The notes under the pieces were generated by a model that was not told the DNA's origin, did no database searches, and saw nothing but the letters and a program-made list of their open reading frames with translations. 53,168 nt of DNA, taken from positions 1 through 53,168 of the forward strand of contig JAAPAO010000204.1 of NCBI GenBank assembly GCA_013115145.1. The letters are read 5' to 3'. This document shows positions 32,580-50,653 of this stretch, one piece after another. Positions within the stretch are counted from its first letter, which is position 1, and the number at the start of each line of letters is the position of its first letter. A program made the position numbers and the translations under genes. The DNA is from Perkinsus chesapeaki ATCC PRA-425. Lineage: Eukaryota; Protista; Perkinsozoa.

Positions 32580-35500
32580 TTAAGACTCACAGACCTCGCT
32601 CACTGCCTTGGGACCCCCCCAATTGTCACTGACAACTCTGTCCCTAGTGACCGGCTTACCCGATGAAGTTGAGGAAATGGGATATCGTCATCACAGGGTA
32701 AGTATCTCTGTCCCCACATGATGGGCTCAAGCTCTCCTTCACCACCGTACTCCTGATAAAACAAATGGTAAAGGAAACTCGAACGGAAGTTCACAGTAGA
32801 TTTCATTAAGTGTTATTAACCGTAAGTACTATCGGTATTAGTAACATCGCAAAACGCTTATCCATCACTTCCCTCATTTTTTCAATCTGCTCCACTACGC
32901 TCTAATCTAAGTCTTAAACCCATAAGGCTTCCCAATTCTCGGAGCTTCATTTCTTCATCCGAACGAAGCTCATATGGTGGGGTTCTGGGTCGTTTCGATC
33001 CTATGTGGTACGATATAATTTGGGACAGACTTTATATGAAAAAAAGTAGGCAAGCTAAGTACTTACGCAAGTCAACCTCAAAAGTATCTTTCCGTTTCAC
33101 CCTACCTTAGGAATGAATTTCGGATCGACAAACTCTGAAATTGCCTTCACAGGATGAGAGCCGCTGATTTTAATACGGCCTAACAAAAATGGAAAACATG
33201 AAAACAAAACCAGGCGGAGCGAAGCTCGTACTAACAGTAATCGGATCCACCCACGGCTTCACCATCTTCCATAATGTACTGATAACCACGCCAGCGTTCA
33301 CAACAACCATCTTGCTCAAGACCTCAGGGTAATAGTATCTAAATCGATCGGGTGATCGATTTGAGCATTCTGCCGTATACAGTCTTACTGATCGATATTC
33401 AGCTGCTTCTTGAAACCGTTGACGAAACTTCCTTTACCATGGCTCAACCCGACGTTCTTAATATCGATCACCTGATCGATTCGGACCATACTAACAACTT
33501 GAAACAGATCTCCATACTATCAGCAGTTCTATCCCTCCCAATCGCATTATTCTTTAGTTCTTTAATATTATTTTACCTTCCACTTTCCCACGTGATTAAA
33601 GCAATAAAATTGTACACAAAAATCGGAGATCGCGTCGAAGAATTTCTAATCCGATCGACAACGTGAATAGGTCAAATTTTCCACGATGTCCATCTGCTCC
33701 GTGACCATGTCTCCAATTGCTCCAGGTTCGCGGATGAGCGTCCATCTAGCCTCACGGGAATAAAAGGGGCCAAAAGATGTTTCAAAGGCGAATATAAAAC
33801 ATAATATTCGGGACCAACAAGAAACCGCAAATGCAATCCTTCTCGGCGCATCAGATGTCCCTCTATGACTCCCTCAATCCCACACGCACGGCATCGCCGA
33901 CCATCCCACGCAGGTTCGATCCCGGCATCCCTCACCATCATATGTTTATATCCTTTCCATCCAGAGTATCTCAACTGCATCTTTATACGCTCTATTATTT
34001 CCATCTCAACAACATGCTGCTCCATACCTGAATATCCAAGCTTCAACCGTGCAAGATACAAAATAGCTCACATCTATCAAGTCCGAGTTTGGTGTAAGTT
34101 GATGCTGAAGGAATCTTCATATAAACAACTGGCGTACCGAATTTCGACATACCATAGAAGTACCTGTTATCCGGTCGCACTGAATACTATAAGTAAAAGA
34201 TACCCAGCGCTGGAAATGTCATTCCTTTCACCAAAAATTGATTACAAATTGAAAAAAGGCCTCGAAACGGTTGATCGATAGCCACCAAGTCACTCCCAGC
34301 AAAAGTACAGATACCGTACAACTTTGGGCTGGACTTTTTAAGCATGCCAAACTATCACAGAGCGAAAAGATCGGAAAGTGACATAATAAATTCGGACGCA
34401 CGAGATACTTCTCGACATGGCATATACGCCCAAGCTCCAAGATAGTGCGAACCAAACCGTTATGCTGCAAGTCCCTTTTCGGAATGACTCCTATTATTTT
34501 ACCAGGAAGAATATGAAGCTTGGAACATAGCAGGATGACAACACTTTAATAGAGTAGCGTTTGTAATCTTAGCTTTGAATTCTTAAGGTTAATTCGTAAT
34601 TGCTAAGTTATTAAGTTTCCAACCCATTCCCAACCGGAGTCTCTGGGTACTTGGACGAGCGGGGAATTTCGAAAGGGGAGAGAATTCACTTTCGATTCCC
34701 CGATAAGAAATTCCACAACGCTTTTCCGGATCGTAAACTGAGCTTGAAAATTCTCATTCTTTCAAAAGCCAATCTCGAATGAGCTGAAAATTGCCCGAAG
34801 ACTCACCATTCCAGAGGCTTGATGCATTCCGGATCAACGAGGGGGCATCTCGGAATGTCTCTGATGGGGGTGGCCATCAACATATCCATTTTCTCGTCAG
34901 CACCCTCAGATTTGCGCCATCTTAACATTCCTCGGAGGTATCTGAGCGAGAGAACTGTCCGAAACATTCATTGACAATCGGAATATGTAAATATGATATT
35001 TCTCATTGAGAGGCCAAACCAGCTTTTCTTAATAGTAAGCGGCGGATAACCAGCCTCTTCGTCCTCAACCGATACAGACTACAACAAATTGAGTTAACCT
35101 TAACAATACTGTATATAGCGTAAAGTACACACTTCACAGTATAGCGTAAAGTACACACTTCACAGTATAGCGTAAAGTACATACTTCACAGTATAGCGTA
35201 AAGTACACACTTCACAGTATAGCGTAAAGTACACACTTCACAGTATAGCGTAAAGTACATACTTCACAGTATAGCGTAAAGTACACACTTCACAGTATTT
35301 TTATATGTATAAATATATAAACTCGTTAAGCGTACGCATCAAGGTAGCGGAAATAGGAAGATATACATTCAATGCGATGTAATCCGAATCTCCGTGTCTT
35401 ACTCTATACCACTGTTAAGGGATTAGAGGCCGCCGGGACTAGTGCGTACAAATCCGTCGTCCGTGATATTATTATCCCCCCTATTACGACACAGTAGCAG

Positions 35501-36170
35501 GGACTCTTTCCTTCTCATGAGAGTATCCCCGAATGAACCTCAACATATTCATATCTTCAACCATCAATGCGTCACTGCCAACCGCCTTAACAACCTCGGA
35601 GAACACCTAACACGATTTCGAATGGAGAAAATGATTCTTCGAAAATCCAATTGTAGTAACATTAGTCTCTGGGAAACAACTAAGAGTACGGATGGATAAG
35701 ATTGAAAATAATAATATGGTAAGAATATGAAAGAGGACCCCCTCCACCGACCCCATAAGAACATAGTAGAAATAAATTCGATAAAAGCGGAGCTAGCAAA
35801 GCAAGAGTGCATTCCCACTGGAACTTTTCACCCCCTCTCTGACCCCCTTATACTTACTACCCTATCTAGAGATATCGCTCACGCATCAACCGCAACACAA
35901 TTTCTGTCTCCCGTCCCGTATGACCTCTTTCTCCTCCTCAGACAGAGGCGGCTCAGTCCATTCTTCACCTTGCTCATGACACAGTATCTTAGGCTTAGGG
36001 AACTGACACAAAATATGTCCCTATACACCCCCATACCACTCCTTCCTCACATCTACTGCCTCCTGGGCGCTCGGGGATGCCCCCGTCTCCGCTACTTTAT
36101 CGTCAACATCATCAACCGCAGGCGTGAGATCGCCTTTGGCTTCACCAGACGATTTTCGGACGGCCTGGAA
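32580..36170 (-). CDS. CRAL-TRIO (Sec14-like) lipid-binding protein, multi-exon, both ends approximate
   Basis: Phase-compatible exons 35488-35606 (DMNMLRFIRGY), 34807-34941 (MLRWRKSEG), 34072-34163 (YFYGMSKFGTPVVY), 33936-34027, 33389-33471 (VIDIKNVGLSH), then YYPEVLSKMVVVNAG..LWKMVKPWVDP, FVDPKFIPK and 32660-32752 (EYGG). Confidence 0.82.
35114..35298. repeat. 26-bp minisatellite, about 7 units, in the CRAL-TRIO intron 34942-35487
   Basis: TATAGCGTAAAGTACA(C/T)ACTTCACAG in exact 26-nt phase. Confidence 0.97.
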
Positions 36171-38927
36171 AGACAGCGGGAAATATCAGTACCCTATAAA
36201 CGTAACAAATGAACAGCAGTCCTTCATAATTCTTATTAGAACAAGAAATAGTAAGGTTCAATTATTATATGATTCTTCAGCAATTCTCAGATACAGGGTG
36301 CTGCGAAAAAAGGCCCACACCCTAGAATTTCGTGGCGCGCGTGAAATATTAAAATGAACAGAGTACCATTTGAAATTACTTATATTACACAAGTAAAATA
36401 TAAATAATAATTATATAATATTAAACGACTAGTTTACCATCTAGCACAGACGAGCAAGTCGAGTAATGAAAATTAATGAGGTAAAAAATAAATAGAATTA
36501 CCGTCTTAATTACCTAAATAACACACTGCTGTCCAATAGAGACATTCAAAGACAATAAATTATCCCGCTCAATCTCCTAAAGATATTCTAAAAATATATT
36601 TCTACTAATCACCCAAGTTCTCAGTGTTCCGTTCTCAGCCTTCACTTCGCCACATTATGACACGCGTCTCTCATCTGCCTCTGCGCTAGTAACAGCTTTC
36701 AAAGACATTCTCTATGAAATCCCACACTCAGTTCCCCCGTATTTTTTATCATTGTCTTTCCCACTTGTATAGTTCCCTCCTCTATCTCCTCCATAAGCGT
36801 GTCCGTTACCGGTTCGATTATCTCGTCTACTATCGTGGCTCCTCCCCTACTCGGCCCACATGGCCAGCATCGAAGCTAAGAGCGCGCAGTGAAGGTATTA
36901 TCATAATATTTATTACGGATTATTAAGTATGTTTAATACAGTATATATCAGTTGAATAAAGCTTATACCATACATTTATAACAGAATAGACGTAGTAATA
37001 AAGCTTAGTACTATCTTCGTTTTCGCTCTGCTATTTCGTATCATTGCCAATGGCCCAATAACTCTATCAAGTGTGCCATTCCGAAAAGCTGAGGGTAATT
37101 TATCGTCTCTTCCGTTATTTCGATCTCCTTGGCGTTTGTACCTTTCTTCGAGGTTTTCTCAGGTAAATTGTTGCAGAGGAAATCTTCCCGAAACGGACCG
37201 TATCTAGTTGCGTTGTTCGTTATCTCTATACACTTGGCCGTCAGCGAGACCCAGGAAGGCTCTAGACGAATTAATCGAAATTCTCGAATCGAAGCATCCG
37301 CACCGGCACTATTATAAACCCTAATTACGCCCCTTTCACGTTGAAGTATAAACAGTTACATTTGCACCTGGTTCGTTTTCTGAGCTTCGCCTTTCACGAC
37401 TGACTCCTTTCAAAAATCTCACCCCTGTGAACGTCATAATTCATAGTCGTTCACACACAAGAGATCGTCCCTGATAATCCTAGCTTCTTCGATGCCTTGC
37501 CAGCGATTAGTAAACTCGAGAGTTCAAGTGAGTTCCATCACGGATCGTAGCAGTTCCCTATCTTCGATGAGATATTCTTACAGAGACAATTTTCATTATT
37601 ATTTTCACGGACGATTACTATAGCAAAAAGTTTGGAAGGTTATAAGAACAACCTCGCAAGAGTAGTCAACAATGACAGACAAGGTGCCGAAGGGACAACG
37701 AAGATCAAAGCTGACAGCAGCAAAAAACAATGGCCAAATAAATTCCCGTCTGCGAGGTACATTCGCTATATTATAAGAAGCTTAGAACTCAATGAGCAAA
37801 GAGAATCATCAAACCGCGGAAGACGGATAACTTTTCCAACCTCGAAAATATCCTTTATATTACATCTCCGCACGACCCTCCAGTGGAGCTCCTTCTCCTC
37901 CTCGGTGATGATGATGATGCATTCACCGATGTTTTTCCATTAGTTCGAATGCTACCCGATGAACCGTGACGATGGCCGCCGTGTGTCATGATACTACTAT
38001 TAATAAAACGCTTACTGAGCTTCGTGATGAACCGCTCTGTCGAGAGATCCATTGCCCTTCCCCAAAATATATTATTTGATATCTATCTACATCCCCGATA
38101 ATGTGCGCCATATAAAATGCCTTTGGGTTCTATATTCAATAAACAACACATCTCTTAATTGAATGTCTGCATTCAAATTATTGGAAAAAATACAATAAAA
38201 TTTTTGCACGGACATCATCAACTAGCAAAGAGGCCTAGAAGACCGCCAAATTCAAGGAATGCTTTCCATTCCTCTACGAGTCTTTTCCACCTTGTATCTT
38301 TTCTCTACCAAGATTTCCTCTCCCGAAGCACGTTCACATAAGACCGATTATCAAGCCCCACGGGCTCTCATAAGAATTAAATCACATAAGTAGTCGTCCG
38401 AGACATGATATAACAACATAAAATAGCCGTGAGCCCGCCGCGCCGCTGTCCCTGCGAGCAATCACCCAGCTTCAGATACGTTAAGCCGAACACGTGATTC
38501 AAATCCGTCAATGGATTTGGCCACGGCCCGCCTCGGTCCTCGTCGGTGAATTCAAATCGTACCCGCCTACTTTACACGCACACACCGTCCTCTGGTCGCC
38601 GAGTGCATCCCATAAGCTAGGCGGTCCGTGCGAGACAAGACGGAGGCGCGAGCACCGCCGGCTTCCTTTCAAAGATACAAAAGAAGACGCCTTACAACGG
38701 CGAAGCAGTCTGTGATTTTCGAGAGCACTGAGATGAGATGTATGCTAGTATATGGCACCTGAGGGAAATTCACAGAGAAAGATATCACAACATTGTAAAA
38801 CTCAAAAACTCAACAACAAGCAGACAAGTTGGAAATCACCAATTTCACGACTACCCAGGTAATCACTCTTCTTGAGATTAATGCTAATATATCTATTTAC
38901 GTTAATCGATCACATGATCGATTTTAG

Positions 38928-45175
<6,248 letters not shown>

Positions 45176-46008
45176 CCTCAATATCCAGAACCTCGGATTC
45201 AACATCAAACCACCTCTTGAACCGAATAAGAGCTTCGATCCCTCGAACAGACTATATCCTCCAGAAATCTATTTCGCGAATAGGGAAATCAATTTCAATT
45301 TTTTAACTATACAAAAAATCTTTTTGGTAATCCTTTTCGCGAAATCTTCAGAGTGCTAAAAGTTGCACAATGTGCAGCACCTTCGAGAAACGACGTTAAT
45401 GGTTTATTACAGTTACAACGTGACATATAAAAATATATAATAACATGCAAAGACATATGATATGTCGCATATCAACATCAGAACTCAATTGCCGCCGCTC
45501 CAAGGCAGCAGCGTAGAATGTGGCGCAGTTGTTGACGAAGTTAAGGAGCTTTTGATGAAAGGTTTTCGAAGATTTTTCTGTGTAGTTAAAAATACGGCCC
45601 GAAATTGATTTCCTTATTCGCGAAATTGGTGGCCTTATCCGGGAAATCGGACGGCCCGGAGGAAGAGATGCTCGGGCGAGCGCTAAATCGTCGATAACTT
45701 TGACAAATTATCGCGATCTGAATTGTGCGGCAAATGCCGCTCGCCGCAAATTTATTTTTGTCGCGCACACAAGGTACCCACGTCACTGCTTGGCCATTAT
45801 GAGTGTGTTGATATGTGTTGGTACCAAGAATGCTAGCTACGGAACGATTGGTTGGGACGGCTCCACAATCAACGAAGATTCTCGTGAATCAGCCCTTTTC
45901 TTAAGCCTTTCATGAACTAGAATTTGTGCGGTAATCCTGTTAGACACGCTTTGGAACGCAAATCAACCTCTGGAGAATCTTTTAGGATCCCTAAGTGGTT
46001 TCATTCTT

Positions 46009-47566
46009 ATGGTAAATCCCCTCAATAGCTGTTGCTGCGGCTGCTCTCTAAAAACCGGCGTGAAAATCATAGCGGCATTGGATATCTTTGCTGGAGTGAT
46101 GACGATCCTTTCTTTAATATCACCAAAGGTAACCAATTTTGTATCTTACCAGCATCAACCTAAGATTCTCAGGACGATCAAGTTGAGTTCTACGAGCACT
46201 TTCAATGGAAACAAGGTGGCTTCGAATATACAGATTCCACCGACATAGACGTTCCCACTTTGAGACGTGTCATGAAAGCCTTTACTGTAAGACTTAATAA
46301 ATCCAACTTATCGATTCCCAGGAAATTACTAACCTCGACATTGTTCTGACAGCAGGATTCTCCGTTTACAATAGAAAGGGAAAAATAACGAAGATGACTT
46401 GCATTATCTACCATAACATCCTTGCCGGTTCTCATCGCTCATTATTGATGCCCGGTAAAATGGTACTGTTAAATCGATTGCCTGCAATTTCAAGGATATT
46501 TTTGGTAGACTTTGCTTCCCTTGGGTGGCTTCATTATTGATGTGTTCCATTTTAGTGCATCGGCAATATCGCCGCGATTATTATATTCATTTCAGCAGTG
46601 GTTGGCCTTGGTGGCATTTCAAAAAGAAAGTAAGCTCCTTAATTCGAACCTGCGTGCTTTGCTCTACAGACTGAGCTTCGTCTATTAGACTATTCATCCT
46701 TTTCAGGAGTAGATTTGTTCGTCAATACGCCTTCATTCGTGCCTTGGAAGTTGTACTCTCGATAACCATGTGCATATGGTTCCTTTGCGTGCTCCCTCGT
46801 ATAGTTCGAGAATTCATGGACGCTGTCATCGAACAGATTAAGGAAGAGGTGGGATTGCGCATGCGTGCAACTGGATGGTTGAGAGCACTTCCAGCGCGAA
46901 AAGAGAACTTTATTCATGAAAATGTGTTCCTAGTGCAAGAGAAAATACGTGGCGATTCGCCAATGGCAAATCTATTCTTATCCTGCGACTCCAACTGATG
47001 ACCGGGCGGCCATTACTTAGCAGTGCACCATAGCACCGATATTTTATGGTCTGTCATACTGTCGTATTATCAGGCTAAGAGGCGCCATGAAGATCCACCA
47101 GAAATCGATGAGGAAGCCATCATCAAAAGTATGACACTGCTGTCGCATTCGTTCAGTCCATATTTATATCAGTCGTTGTAAGCCTTGTGACCACATTGCT
47201 GGTTATCGCCGAGGCTTTGGGCGTTTTGGTGAAACTGTATTTTGTATGGGTTATCAAGAGCTGTGCTTACTGGATGCAGGTGAGGAAGGCCTTTGAGGAT
47301 TCCACATACCTATATGGCATCTTGAATCGAAATGCCTCAATCGTATCTTAAACTGACATGCACAAGTGATATCTTACATAGTCACTAGTTAATTGAGATG
47401 ATTGTATGATTAACATCCTAAGGATCTTAATCAATATTAAATTGATGATGAGTTCTTTCATCATGTTGTATATTCTATGTAGCTCCACCGTGGAAACGAT
47501 TATTCTCTTTTACTTGGTGTTCGTTGTAAATCCTCGGCTTCGATATGGCTCTTACGACGCCAGTAG
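46009..47566 (+). CDS. Four-TM membrane protein with N-terminal CCCGCSL motif, multi-exon
   Basis: Exons encode MVNPLNSCCCGCSLKTGVKIIAALDIF, VVGLGGISKRK, FIRALEVVLSITMCIWFLCVLP, ALGVLVKLYFVWVIKSCAYWMQ and a probable last exon LHRGNDYSLLLG...*. Confidence 0.6.
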
Positions 47567-50476
47567 ATCTTGCTCATTGAGATTTCAAGTTGAAAGTTCA
47601 AGTCCAATCAATGTCCGGTGACTTGCATAACCTCAGACTCGGTCTGACGTCACTCTTTTACCGTCTGTCAAAGTGACGCATTGGTTGTCTATCATTGTGC
47701 AATTTGTCCCCTTTTCAGCGCGGTATCGATCCCTATGCCCCCATATATGTACCAACCGCTCAAGTCCCCATCACCGGCACTACTCTACAGGTAACTTCTT
47801 ACTCGGTCAACACCGGATGAGGGTTATACTTTATGCGGCTTTCTTATCGTCGATAAAGCCCGATCAAATACTTAAGCCCCCCGAGGCGATACCGTCCGAT
47901 TAGTCTTAGTCTCGATTTGTAACTCTGTTTAGGCCTATCAACCTGCAAACGTCATCCTAGGCCCCCCGATCGCTGCCCCGGCTTCAGATCACCCAACAGC
48001 TTCACTTTTGGTTACACAAGGGCCACAGAATCCCACGGTAGAGTGTAGCTCTCTTTGGGATCGAAGTCAGATGCTTTCGGTAGGCCCCGGTCTTCTCGGC
48101 TGCTCAGCTTTCTGGAAGCTACCAACATGAGAGCAATGTTGGAGGTAGGTTTGGCAAGTGCTGGAGTTCTATACTCACTTGATTCCATCTACCGTGAGAG
48201 AGTAAGAATGAAAGAGACTGTCAGCCGTTGGAATGGGCACTGAAATCAACGACAGACTGATTGTGGAACCGGCATTCTGAAGTGAACTCGCGAATGCTTG
48301 TGAGGACATTCGTAGGTTTTCAACTGCGAAGTTACTTTGAAAATAGTTTAACTGCGTTGCTGAGGGATTGGTTTCGATTTGTTTGCATGCCGGCATTCTC
48401 TTCTGTCTCTTAGGCCCACCAAATGCATCTCATCCAGCAGCCCAAGGCGAACGCTCTGATGCGTACCCTCGTTTGTGAGGGCCTATGTTGAGACCTTGTA
48501 TTATTATTCATATTTTATAATGGTAAACCGTCATCACGGCCATTTTTCACGGGCTTGATATGCCTGTACATACCTGAGAAGTTGTTGAGTTTGATGAAGT
48601 AGAAGGCATCTCCAGCTGACAAGAGTCCCTGAGAGGAATCGTTCTTATGCTCGATCGTTCGAACACGTTTTTCCATTGCCGAGTTGACGGTGGGAACTGA
48701 AAGGATCACCTTTTGTAGATGGCCGCCACCATGGCGTAATACACACGTATTCTGCCTCATCACAACCAACGAGACACCTAAGCTTAGCTGAACGTTGATA
48801 AGGTCAATCGATATCGAACCCTACCCGGGGCAGTATTTTGTATGAGGAACGTTTTAAGAACATTACATTCACGTTAAGACCACTTATAGACAGATATCAT
48901 TGACTGGTACGACGCACCAAACTAGATTTCTACCGAGATAGCAAAGCCTCGAATTTATATGAGGTTGACTAGTACTGAAGCTACTAAAATAACGTTAAGA
49001 TGAACCTGACAGCGCAATGACTCATACACCGCATACGAAAGAAGAGAATGGATATCACTGAAATACGAACTAGCCACGCACCGGTTATTTTCGAGTTGAT
49101 ATTCTGAATCTCAACTTCACGAACTGTACAACTGGTTACAATTCTCCAATTCAACAACTATGCAAAATTCATATTGTGGATACTTTCGCAATCTCGGAAT
49201 CCGGGACGGAAAGAGCCTACATGAATCCGTGAGCATAGGTCTAAGTTCAGACTCTGAAGAGGTATTTAGTTTGTATAATACAAGCCCGGGATAGTGGTTA
49301 GCTTCAGCGTGACCTAGTTACGTCAGTAAATGTCAACACATGACAATTTAATCGCCTACGGTGGAGACGCGACACAGACCCGATACTGCTGGATACTGCT
49401 GAACACACTCCAATCATACCCTTCGATATTGGACGGCGAAGAGGTGGACGCTTTAACACATTCATAAGAAACATGTATAGAAGACAGGTTTGTATTGCAT
49501 TGACGTCATGAAGAGTTGTGCTGTCTGAACTCCGAGGATAGCATAAGCATCAATTGCGGCCTTCGTAGTGTAGACTTTGCTTTGAATTCGCAGTGCAGGT
49601 TTGACCAGTTACTGTGCCCGTAAAGGGGGTGATGAGAGCGAAGAAAGACCATCATTCCCACCCAGAGGTTCTGCAGTTTGGAATGTCTGTGATAGGCGCT
49701 AGTCTGAGTGGCGCAGCTGGCGCGCATGCGTTGTGTGATTTGCGAGTGCCGAGGTACAAGCCCTCTGATTTCGGTGGGTTAATTGGGATAACGACCCGTT
49801 GTTGACGAGCTAGCCTGTATTATTCACAGCACCGCACTCCCCGGTAGCCAACCTCGATCCCGCAATCCCAACGGCTTTACACAAAATAGTGCTTACCATG
49901 CAGGCAATACTGCTTCGAGGCACAGCAACCTCGGAGACAATAGAGTGTAGCTGGAGCTTGCTTCACACCATCAGCACAGACACAAGATTCCAATACAGAA
50001 TCTTCCCACCGCAACAGTTTGTTGCTTCAAGCACCTTGATTGGTCCCGTTCACGAGGACGAGCACGAGGCAACCCGAGAGTTGATAAAACACTTCTTCGT
50101 ATTCGACGTACTCCCGCAAAGGGGACTTACCAAGTCCGACTTGGATGTTCACGCATGTACAATGGTGCGGGCGGCGCACACTGAGTAACACTTCCTACTG
50201 AGTCACTTCTCCAAGTTACTCAGCAATGGGCTCCCGGCGTTGACGTAATGAAAACTTGAGCGAGCGACGAATCTGTTTGCTTCTCGCTGAAAAGGATGCA
50301 CGCGATGCGAGAAGGGGCCATCAAAAGGTTGCTTTTACTTAGCTTACTCTCGCAAAAGGAATCACAGGAGCACGCATGTACAGTGGAGCGGGCTGCAGGG
50401 ACAACTTTACAGCGAGACTCATAGGACCTTGGTATCTGTATCGTTATTTAGGCATCCCGCATTTAATATCCAGTTT

Positions 50477-50653
50477 ATGAGGGCGTTCTTCTACCTGTGG
50501 TTTTCCAATCTGGCTGTACTTTCGGTTGCTGAACGTATCCAATATCGTAACTATACGGATGGTGATGAATATGAAGGTGTTAAGCTCATCAAGTGCAAGT
50601 TCATGGGAAGTATACCCTGCTATGTAGCAGTTGATACCGACAAGAGTGCGAAG
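50477..50653 (+). CDS. First exon of a putative secreted protein, downstream exons unresolved
   Basis: Signal-like MRAFFYLWFSNLAVLSVA, ending at an AAG|GTGAGA donor. Confidence 0.35.

Noticed and set aside
33307-33320. CCATCTTGCTCAAG resembling a Perkinsus spliced-leader relic
   Set aside because: It lies antisense within a CRAL-TRIO coding exon (LSKMV) and needs a gap to align. Coincidental.
24318-36463. Shared 14-mer ACGAGCAAGTCGAG at 24318 and 36450
   Set aside because: A few 14-mer matches are expected by chance in 53 kb, and the flanks do not extend the match.
47650-50400. Possible gag/pol (YTLPW) and hAT-like (FFVFDVLP) relics
   Set aside because: Only single short motifs in stop-ridden frames, with no termini or catalytic residues. 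Cannot be supported without a profile search.
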